A DNA stretch of 63,873 nt, filler included, from Octopus bimaculoides (Eukaryota): assembly GCF_001194135.2 (NCBI RefSeq). It is 6 parts of 5 records of this genome, joined end to end, with 100 filler letters (N's around TTAATTAATTAA, not from the genome) between each part and the next. Parts side by side here need not be neighbours in the genome. Positions count along the whole stretch, not along the records: positions 51,238 to 58,935 come from NC_068983.1; positions 59,036 to 61,924 come from NC_068986.1; positions 62,025 to 63,873 come from NW_026406493.1; 3 more parts are not named here. One strand, given 5' to 3'. Positions 54,701 to 63,873 of this stretch are shown here, piece by piece. How positions within the stretch are numbered: position 1 is the stretch's first letter; every line of letters starts with the position of its first letter. A program made the position numbers and the translations under genes. The notes beneath the pieces were generated by a model. The model did not search any database and had not been told where the DNA came from. It saw only the letters and a list, made by a program, of their open reading frames with translations.

Positions 54701-55669
54701 ATTTTCTAATTCTGTCTTGTTCAAGACTCTAGTGGTTAGTTATGTGAAGTGCAACGTGAGGGTGAAGGCATGTTGTTTCAATTTTGCAGTATGGAAGATA
54801 TTTTTACTTGAGAAAAACCAACCTTTGAAAAATCTTCATGTCAACTAGCTCTGCTTAGCAAGCAAGTTGTGCAATAGATAAATATCAACAGTGATTAGTC
54901 CCAGACTCACTGGACTCATGCTGAAAGACCAGCCACTAATTTACTTGGCTGCCTATTGGAAGCTCCCTGAAAGTTATATATTGTTGTTATTAGTGGCCAG
55001 TAGTGTCTATGGAAGGATGCCGCTTATCTAAAGTACTATGAATTGTATTTATTTGTGTTTGAGCAGATGTCAAGTCAAAATGGCCAAGATGCTTAACAAG
55101 AAGAAGAAAGAAGAAAAGCTTATGGAATTGCAGATGAAGTATGATGAGAAATTGAAGCGAGCTTATAGACAGAGTTGTCCCATGAAAAAGGAAAGAATGG
55201 AATTAAGGAATTCATTAGGGTAAGTATTCTAGTATTCTAGTATTCTACACAGTTACATTCTTTATTTCTAAGCTTTACTGTATTGAAGCCAAATTTGGCT
55301 GCTATTTGTGGTCGGTTGAGCGACTGTAGAGGGGCTTGTGTTGCTTTGTTTCTTTCAAGTTATAAGCTTAGGTTTTATTTGAACTCTAATCTCCTGTTTC
55401 AGTGACTTTATTTTTTTAATAAATTATACAAGAAATCATTTATTTTACATTTTCTTTTTCTCAGAGACTTGATATGTTTGGTTTACTCTTTTACTTGCTT
55501 CAGTCATTTGACTGCGGCCATGCTGGAGCACCGCCTTTAGTCGAGCAAATCGACCTCAGGACTTATTCTTTGTAAGCCTAGTACTTATTCTATCGGTCTG
55601 TTTTGCCGAACCACTAAGTTACGGGGACGTAAACACACCACCATCGGTTGCCAAGCAATGTTGGGGGGA

Positions 55670-55738
<69 letters not shown>

Positions 55739-58646
55739 GTATATACATATACACATATATACGACGGGCTTCCTTCAGTTTCCATCTACCAAATCCACTC
55801 ACAAGGCTTTGGTTGGCCCGAGGCTATAGTAGCAGACACTTGCCCAAAGTATCACACAGTGGGACTGAAACCGGAACCATATGGTTGGTAAGCAAGCTAC
55901 TTAGCACACAGCCACTCGTGAAGTAACTTACTGGAAAACTAATTTTTGTTAGGTATATTAGGTGCAGAATATTTTGAATAAAGACTGCTCAAATATGTTG
56001 TCAATTTTTACTTTCACTTTTCTTTTCTTCTCTTTTTGATAGTGCTGCCTTTGTGTGTGATGTTACTATTCCTGATGGAACAAAAGTTCAGCCTCTTGCT
56101 AGGCTGTACAAAACCTGGAGGATGAAGAACACTGGAAAATTTGCTTGGACTGAAAAAACACTTGTTAGTGTTCTTTTATTCATATATTGCTGATAAAATA
56201 CTTTCTTGAAATTGAAAGATTTTACACATCACAGTCGTCTGACTATTTGGTTTTTCTTATCTTTAGAATAGTTTTTAAAAAGTTGGATTCTTTTTTTCTG
56301 GGTAATATGTGATATATTTAGGAGTCTCTTTGGCAGATTTTTAATTAATGATTATTGATTGCTGGTTTTTCGGAGAAATTTTATTACATAGTGGTTTACA
56401 TATATTTCCATTAATATTGTTTTTAATTAGTCATTAACATTCTTTAGGTTATGTAGAGTAGACGACATTACACCGATTTGTTGGCTTGTTATGTGCAGTT
56501 GGTAACTGAGTTGATTAAATGTTTCTCTAATGCTGTTATTTTATTAATTGCCAAGGTTCTGAAAACTACAACGGAATCTTTTACCTAGTATTTGAGGTAG
56601 CTTTCGCAACTGTCATCGTTTAACGCCCACTTTCCATGCTAGCATGGGTTGGACGATTTGACTGAGGACTGATGAACCAGATGGCTGCACCAGGCTCCAA
56701 TCTGATTTGGCAGAGTTTCTACAGCTAGATGCCCTTCCTAACGCCAACCACTCAGAGAGTGTAGTGGGTGCTTTTTACGTGCCACTGGCACGAAGGCCAG
56801 TCAGGAGGTACTGGCAACGGCCACGCTCAAAATGGTGTATTTTACGTGCCACCTGCACAGGAGCCAGTCCAGCGGTATGAAAAAATATTCTCAAGAGCCA
56901 TATTCCCAGCCTCCGAAATAATATTGCTAAAAGTGAGAAAGATGTGTATTGCAAAACAAAAATTTGAGAAGCTATAATTAAATGGTGTAAGAAACTTAGA
57001 ATAGCATGTTTTAAATTATTTTTAGTGTAACACTCTATAAATATGGAAGACATATGGCCTAGTAGTTAGGGTGTTGCACTTATGATTGTAAGATCATCGT
57101 TTTGATTCCCCAGTCAGACAGTGTATATTGTGCTCTTGAGCAGAACACTTCATGTTCCAGTTCACTTAGCTGTATATGAATTTCAGAAACAGGTGGGAAG
57201 TTAACCTTGTGGCAGACTGGCATCCCATTCAGAAGTGAGTGTTGTAATCTCAGTTATTTACACAACATGGAACTTATAACAGTCTAAAACATTATATTCA
57301 AGATTGCACTATACTTGAGTAAATATGAGCACAATTTGAGCGTGATCGTTACCAGCGTTGCCTTACTGGTACTTGTGCCGGTGGCACGTGAAAAAACATT
57401 CGAGCGAGGTCGTTGCCAGTGCTGCTGGACTGGCTCCTGTGCAGGTGGCACGTAAAAAACACCATTTTGAGCGTGGCCGTTGCCAGAACCGTGTGACTGG
57501 CCCTCGTGCTGGTGGCACGTAAAAGTACCCACTACACTCTCGGAGTGGTTGGCGTTAGGAAGAGCATCCAGCTGTAGAAACTCTGCCAGATCAGATTGGA
57601 GCCTGGTGCAGCCATCCGGTTCACCAGTCCTCAGTCAAATCGTCCAACCTGCTTCCATGACTAAGTTGGTTTATTTGTTTTGAGCAACTGTTTTTATAGC
57701 TGGATGAATGTATTGATAACCACTGTACTATGAAGTAGACTGTAGAGTCTATGGTGTCTTACCAAGAGTAAGCAGTTAGTAGTCTTGTTCATAAATATAA
57801 TTCAATGATAGCTGTAAGATTTGAACTTGTGAACATGTAGTTTGTGTACAGCACCTTAATATGACTGCATTACATGTTTTTATAAATTGGGAATTTTCTT
57901 TGTTTTTGGTTGAGTAAAATAAGTGGGTTTTTTTTTTTTTATATCAAGTATTATGAGTGTGTTTTTTCCTCTTTTGCATTTAATTAGATGCGATTAAAGT
58001 CTGGTAATATCTGCCCTCTTGCCACTGAGGTAACTGTCCCTTTCTTGCAACCAGGTGAAAAAGGTGATGTTACTGTATGTCTAAGTGCCCCAGAACAACC
58101 CGGTCAGTACACACTTTATTTTATTATAGATATTTTTTTTAATTTTCAGAATTTTGTAATATATTCTTGATAGTTTTGTTGTTGTTTAAGCTTTGGTTCA
58201 TATATCCTGTCTGTTGTGCAGGATAGGTAAATGCTGGATATAGTCTTTGATGTAGGCAATAATGTGTTAAAAGAAATGTGTGTGTGTGCATAGTCACAGC
58301 ATTTAAACTGAAACGTGTACATGAATTATGTGTGTGTGTGTTTCATTGTGTTTATAAGTGTTATTTGTATGCTTATAAGTTAAAAATAATGAATTGCAGT
58401 TTGAATTTTTGAACTGGAAGTGGATTTGTTTTCACTTTCATTTGAAATGGTTCTGTAAAAAGAAACCACTTCCATTCTATAATTTTTCTTTTTGTTTCTT
58501 TTTTCTTTGTTCTAGGTAAATACCTAAGCTATTGGAAATTGTGTCATTCATCAGTTTTGTTTGGACCTCGTGTCTGGTGCAGCATTGAAGTAGTACCGAA
58601 GCCTGCAGACAAATCTGCATTGGGTAACTACACACTCCTGAAAGAG
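51549..58646 (+). CDS. NBR1: NBR1-like autophagy receptor (ZZ zinc finger + coiled coil + FW domain), partial multi-exon model: join(51549..51782,52033..52144,52524..52596,53845..54090,55067..55219,56043..56163,57988..58102,58516..58646)
   Basis: Eight exons with canonical AG/GT boundaries and matching phases give a stop-free 395-codon frame. It contains ZZ WHEGIICDYCQRTIVGVRFKCGNCPDYDLCEQCE...H..THVF and FW domain AAFVCDVTIPDGT..TWRMKNTG..AW...YWK..FGPRVWCSIEV. ZZ plus FW is the NBR1 architecture. The 5' (PB1) and 3' (LIR/UBA) exons were not found. Confidence 0.88.
52033..52144 (+). CDS. NBR1: NBR1-like exon (LKQELKSEIVQDV...DPPY)
   Basis: ttaaag acceptor, gtaagt donor, phase 0/1. Confidence 0.8.
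52524..52596 (+). CDS. NBR1: NBR1-like exon, ZZ domain first half (LYWHEGIICDYCQRTIVGVRFKCG)
   Basis: Long polypyrimidine tract plus tag acceptor, gtaagt donor, CxxC motif, phase 1/2. Confidence 0.92.
53845..54090 (+). CDS. NBR1: NBR1-like exon, ZZ domain second half (NCPDYDLCEQCE...THVFLKLRRP)
   Basis: gcag acceptor, gtaaag donor, ZZ consensus CxxYDLCxxC and HxxxH, phase 2/2; lies within ORF 53819..54094. Confidence 0.92.
55067..55219 (+). CDS. NBR1: NBR1-like exon, Lys/Glu-rich coiled coil
   Basis: gagcag acceptor, gtaagt donor, KKKKEEKLMELQMKYDEKLKR, phase 2/2. Confidence 0.85.
55485..55917 (-). mobile_element. SINE family A, full length, in NBR1 intron
   Basis: Colinear with the 19630-20090 copy. 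Confidence 0.85.
56043..56163 (+). CDS. NBR1: NBR1-like exon, FW domain part 1 (AAFVCDVTIPDGT...TWRMKNTGKFAW)
   Basis: Polypyrimidine plus tag acceptor, gttagt donor, FW signature, phase 2/0. Confidence 0.92.
56612..56876 (+). mobile_element. RTE-associated short interspersed repeat (family D)
   Basis: Repeated at 19110-19350, 25535-25710, 27560-27710, 31615-31840 and 43380-43620; core CAGCTGGATGCCCTTCCTAACGCCAACCAC. Confidence 0.75.
57340..57659 (-). mobile_element. Family D repeat, inverted relative to the 56612 copy
   Basis: Reverse complement of 56615-56876 over about 240 bp. Confidence 0.78.
57988..58102 (+). CDS. NBR1: NBR1-like exon, FW domain part 2 (VPFLQPGEKGDVTVCLSAPEQPG)
   Basis: ttag acceptor, gtcagt donor, phase 0/1. 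Confidence 0.9.
58516..58646 (+). CDS. NBR1: NBR1-like exon, FW domain part 3 (KYLSYWKL...FGPRVWCSIEV)
   Basis: tctag acceptor, gttagg donor, phase 1/0. Confidence 0.9.
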
Positions 58647-58843
58647 GTTAGGAAGTTCATATGTGTTTATTAAATAATTTTGCGTGTGACTGTGTGGTTG
58701 AAAAGCTTGCTTCCCGACCCTATGGGTCTTGATTCAGTCCTACTATGCAGCATCCTGGGTGGGTGTCTTCTGCTATCGCCTCTAGGCTAACCAAAACCTT
58801 GTGAGCTGATTTGGTAGATGAAAACTACAAAAAAAAAAAATGC

Positions 58844-58935
<92 letters not shown>

Positions 58936-59035
58936 NNNNNNNNNNNNNNNNNNNNNNNNNNNNNNNNNNNNNNNNNNNNTTAATTAATTAANNNNNNNNN
59001 NNNNNNNNNNNNNNNNNNNNNNNNNNNNNNNNNNN

Positions 59036-59153
<118 letters not shown>

Positions 59154-59157
59154 GAAG

Positions 59158-59370
59158 ACGGCGATCTGGCAGAATCGTTAGTACATCGGGCAAAATACCT
59201 AGTGATATTTCGTCCATCCTCACGGTCTGAGTTCAAATTCCGCCTAGGTCGACTTTGCCTTTCCTCCTTTCGGGGTCGATGATATAAGTACCTGTTACGT
59301 ACTGAGGTCGATCTAATCGACTTATCCTCACACCCCAAATCTCAAGCCTTGTGCCTATAGTAGAAACAAA
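59158..59370 (+). mobile_element. SINE family B
   Basis: Colinear with the 916 copy. Confidence 0.78.
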
Positions 59371-59659
59371 ATCATTGTTTTTGCTGTTGTTGTTGTTGTT
59401 GTTATTTATTGGATGAATAATTTTGTAACTTAAAGTTTCACCAGATGATCATTGATTATGGCCAGCAATATAATTCGTCGATAGGATCATACTGACAAAA
59501 GCCTTCGTTTCAGTTCCAACACTGAGACGCTGGAATTTACTTGAATAATACTTTGGATGCTTGTCATTCTCGGGTATTATCATGCTGTACACCTGATGAA
59601 GCAAGAAGTGGTACAATTTTCTTCCGTAAACTGCATTTAATTACTCTATCCCTATTAAG

Positions 59660-60010
59660 TTCTCTTTTACTCTTTTACTCGTTTCAGTCTTTTGACTGTT
59701 GCCATGCTGGAGCACCACCTTTGGTCGAGCAAATCGACCCCAGGACTTATTCTTTGGAAGCCTAGTACTTATTCTATCGGTCTCTTTTTGCCGAACCACT
59801 AAGTTACGGGGACATAAACACACCAGTATCGGTTGTCAAGCGATGTTGGGGGGACAAACACAGACACACATACACACATACATATATATATACATATATA
59901 CGACGGGCTTCTTTCAGTTTCTGTCTACCAAATCCACTCACAAGGGTTTTGTCGGCCCGAGGCCATAGTAGAAGATACTTGCCCAAGGTGCCACGCAGTG
60001 GGACTGAACA
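59660..60010 (-). mobile_element. SINE family A
   Basis: Colinear with the 19630-20090 copy; head truncated. Confidence 0.8.
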
Positions 60011-60136
60011 CTTCTTTCATGTTTATTCAAACTACAGTAGACACACTTATGTATATATATGTATATGTGTATATGCATATGAATATATACATAGACATGT
60101 ATGTGCATATATATGTGTGTGTGATATATGTATATA

Positions 60137-60171
<35 letters not shown>

Positions 60172-60794
60172 CTGTGTGTGTATTATATATATAAATAATA
60201 GACGCAGGCGTGGCTGTGTGGTAAGAAGCTTGCTTCCAAACCACATGGTTCCGGGTTCAGTCTCATTGCGTGGCACCTAGCCAAGTGTCTCCTAATTATT
60301 GCCCTGTGAGTGGACTTGATAGTCGGAAACTAAAAGAAGCCCGTCTCTCTCTCNNNNNNNNNNNNNNNNNNNNNNNNNNNNNNNNNNNNNNNNNNNNNNN
60401 NNNNNNNNNNNNNNNNNNNNNNNNNNNNNNNNNNNNNNNNNNNNNNNNNNNNNNNNNNNNNNNNNNNNNNNNNNNNNNNNNNNNNNNNNNNNNNNNNNNN
60501 NNNNNNNNNNNNNNNNNNNNNNNNNNNNNNNNNNNNNNNNNNNNNNNNNNNNNNNNNNNNNNNNNNNNNNNNNNNNNNNNNNNNNNNNNNNNNNNNNNNN
60601 NNNNNNNNNNNNNNNNNNNNNNNNNNNNNNNNNNNNNNNNNNNNNNNNNNNNNNNNNNNNNNNNNNNNNNNNNNNNNNNNNNNNNNNNNNNNNNNNNNNN
60701 NNNNNNNNNNNNNNNNNNNNNNNNNNNNNNNNNNNNNNNNNNNNNNNNNNNNNNNNNNNNNNNNNNNNNNNNNNNNNGTGTGTGTGTGTGTGTG

Positions 60795-61530
60795 TATTAG
60801 GTTGTCAAGAAAGTTTTTGCGGAATTTTAAATTTCGGTTTTAAATGACGTATTTTCAAATTAATTTTCGCTCCATCTAATCTTCTTACTCTTTTTCTTTT
60901 TGAATGATTAGGCCATATTTTTCCGGAATGTTGAATACAACATGGACAAAAAGCAAATTCGCACAATTTTCTTATTCCAGTTCAAGCTAGACCGAAAAGC
61001 TGCTGAAACAGCTCGCGATATCAACGATGCGTTTGGCCCAGGAACCACTAATGAACATACATCACAATGGTGGTTCAAGAAATGTAGTGGTGACGAGAGT
61101 CTTGAAGATGATAAGCGTATTGGTCGGCCGTCGGATGTTGACAACGATCAACTAAGAGCCTTAGTCGAAGCCAATCCACGCACAACTGTTCGAGAGCTTG
61201 CTTCTGAATTAGACGTAACGTATAGGACAATTTTCAACCACTTGAAGGCGATTGGAAAAACAAAAATACTTGAGAAATGGGTGCCGTACGAATTGAACGA
61301 CAAAAAAACAAACCAAAAAAAACGCCGTTTTGAAGTGTCGTCTTCCCTTCTTTTACGCAAAAAGAATGACCCGTTTCTCGACCGGATTGTAACTTGCGAT
61401 GAAAAGTAGATTCTTTACGACAACCGGCGACGCTCAGATCAGTGGTTGGACGCCGACGAAGCTCCACGGCACTTCCTGAAACCAAAGTTGCGCCAAAAGT
61501 AAGTCATGGTAACTGTTTGCTGTCGATACA
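60795..61530 (+). mobile_element. mariner transposon, 5' half, decayed
   Basis: TA plus TIR-like start TATTAGGTTG. ORF 60942..61409 has HTH region, WVPYEL (WVPHEL motif) and RIVTCDEK; the expected W codon is TAG. Transposase-like reading continues (ILYDNRRRS.QWLD) to about 61525. Confidence 0.92.
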
Positions 61531-61591
61531 TTAGGGAAGAACTGGTGTAGGTTAGCAACAGCATCATCGCAAGTGACATGCGGACGTAAGA

Positions 61592-61630
<39 letters not shown>

Positions 61631-61888
61631 ACACAGACACACACACTCACACACATATCTATATGTATCAAATGCATATGTATACGAATATACATATATA
61701 CATATATCGCCATGATTGATCGCTAAATCCACAATTTTTTTTCTCTCTGTTTATTTCCTCGTATTCCAATCTATTGAAAAGCGTAAGCTCGAAACGTAAA
61801 AGACTTGCTCACTTTCCCGAGCGTTAAACTAATACACCTGCTTGTTGTTTATACACCTGTCTTCGTCTTTTGTTTTTCTGTAAATTTC

Positions 61889-61924
<36 letters not shown>

Positions 61925-62087
61925 NNNNNNNNNNNNNNNNNNNNNNNNNNNNNNNNNNNNNNNNNNNNTTAATTAATTAANNNNNNNNNNNNNNNNNNNN
62001 NNNNNNNNNNNNNNNNNNNNNNNNTATTCATCAACTTGCAGACAGTGTATTGTGTCAATTTACCCTCCATTTTCTTATTGCTATATA

Positions 62088-62455
62088 TATGTGGGGCGGG
62101 GGGACAAAATAATGGAAACACCTAGCATCATAGCATCATAATTTTGAAATATCTATAAAACCGTTAAAAGCTTGTTTATTTTCATGTTTCTTTGACTTAT
62201 TATTAGTGTTGCTGAATATGTTTTGCTCAGATTGCTGTTTCATTCCAGATATCATCAGAAAAAGGTAATTAAAATTCATTAAAATGACAGATCTATCGGA
62301 CTTTCATAGAGGTCAAATTGTTGGTGCTCGCATGGCAGGCGCTAACGTAACGAAAACAGCCGAAATGTTTGGTGTATTTGAAAGTACTGTCTCGAAAGTA
62401 ATGACAGCCTTTGAGAAAGAGGGGAAAAACCTCCTCGTCGAAGCAAGACTCCGGA
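62088..62455 (+). mobile_element. Tc1-like transposon 5' fragment
   Basis: ORF start MTDLSDFHRGQIVGARMAGANVTKTAEMFGV..STVSKVMTAFEKEGK is a typical Tc1 N-terminal HTH; preceded by the end-like sequence ACAAAATAATGGAAACACC. Confidence 0.8.
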
Positions 62456-62462
62456 AGAAAAA

Positions 62463-63873
62463 CAATAAGAAAATGGAGGGGAATAGGTGGTATTCATCAA
62501 CTTGCAGACAGTGTATTGTGTCAATTTACTTGTTTATTTGTTTACTAAAAGGACAATAANNNNNNNNNNNNNNNNNNNNNNNNNNNNNNNNNNNNNNNNN
62601 NNNNNNNNNNNNNNNNNNNNNNNNNNNNNNNNNNNNNNNNNNNNNNNNNNNNNNNNNNNNNNNNNNNNNNNNNNNNNNNNNNNNNNNNNNNNNNNNNNNN
62701 NNNNNNNNNNNNNNNNNNNNNNNNNNNNNNNNNNNNNNNNNNNNNNNNNNNNNNNNNNNNNNNNNNNNNNNNNNNNNNNNNNNNNNNNNNNNNNNNNNNN
62801 NNNNNNNNNNNNNNNNNNNNNNNNNNNNNNNNNNNNNNNNNNNNNNNNNNNNNNNNNNNNNNNNNNNNNNNNNNNNNNNNNNNNNNNNNNNNNNNNNNNN
62901 NNNNNNNNNNNNNNNNNNNNNNNNNNNNNNNNNNNNNNNNNNNNNNNNNNNNNNNNNNNNNNNNNNNNNNNNNNNNNNNNNNNNNNNNNNNNNNNNNNNN
63001 NNNNNNNNNNNNNNNNNNNNNNNNNNNNNNNNNNNNNNNNNNNNNNNNNNNNNATACATATATGTACATTTAGATGTACATACACACATGTCCATACATG
63101 CACACAAATGAATCAATTATTGTAATAATACATGAAGAGGACACATATAATGTATGTATGTATGTATGTATGTATGTATGTATGTATGGGTGGGTGTGTA
63201 TGCATATGTGTCCTCCTCATGTAATAATAACAATAATTGATTCATTTGTGTGCATGTATGGACATTTGTGTATGTACATCTAAATGTACATATATGTATT
63301 TATGTATTTATGTTTATTTATGTATATCTATGTATATGTTAAATAATGCATATAGAGGAAATAGAGTTACATGGATGATTCTCTAGGCCTCTTCAGAAAA
63401 TTTATAAAGTTCATAAGGTTAAGTCGAAATATATAAAAATATAAAAATATAAAAACCGTTAAAACCCACATATATATGTTAAAGTATGCATATATATATG
63501 TGGGTCTTTACGGTTTTTATATTTTTATATTTTTATATTTCTACCTAACCTTATGAACTTTATAAAATCTCTGAAGAGGCCTAGAGAATCATCCATGTAA
63601 CTCTATTTCATCTATTAATTACTTCAGTCCACTAGAGTGATAAAGACAGAATGAAGCATGTCTCTTCTAAATAGAAACAGGTGTAAGACATTATCCTATT
63701 TTCTGTCACTATATGTCGTTTTATTAATTACTGATATGACATAATATGTCAAATGTGTTTGTATATTGTTATTATTGCCCTTTTAGTAAACAAATAAACA
63801 AGTAAATTGACAGAATACAATGCCTGCAAGTTGATGAATACCACCTATTCCCCTCTATTTTCTTATTGCTATA
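62463..63873. mobile_element. Fold-back/MITE-like element with ~97-bp TIRs and two internal hairpins
   Basis: 62463-62559 is the reverse complement of about 63772-63868; internal inverted repeats at 63054-63299 and 63352-63615. Confidence 0.7.

Noticed and set aside
58510-58521. AG|GTAAAT at the start of the last visible NBR1 exon, resembling a recursive splice site
   Set aside because: Explained by a Gly codon split across a phase-1 intron; no further evidence.

Overview
AT-rich, microsatellite-dense animal genomic scaffold with many N gaps. The tRNA-derived SINE families, RTE LINE relics and (CA)n/(TA)n load point to a coleoid cephalopod, probably Octopus (inference). I can support one protein-coding gene: an NBR1-like selective-autophagy receptor on the + strand. 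Eight GT-AG exons between 51549 and 58646 splice in one continuous frame (1185 nt, 395 codons) and encode a ZZ zinc finger, a coiled coil and a complete four-tryptophan FW domain. Its PB1 and UBA ends are not visible in the window. Most of the remaining sequence is SINEs, LINE relics (RTE, CR1/L2-like), DNA-transposon relics (mariner, Tc1, hAT, Tigger-like), MITEs and simple repeats. Nearly all ORFs in the supplied track are microsatellite or N-gap artefacts. The most interesting unexplained signals are: a housekeeping-type promoter-like patch at 16.5-17.2 kb with no assignable gene; block-wise CpG decay of SINE copies; a duplicated exon-like segment with third-position bias at 5.8/6.9 kb; hammerhead-ribozyme-like cores; and several long, near-perfect fold-back structures, some inside NBR1 introns. 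I found no clearly novel complete system, and these leads are hypotheses.
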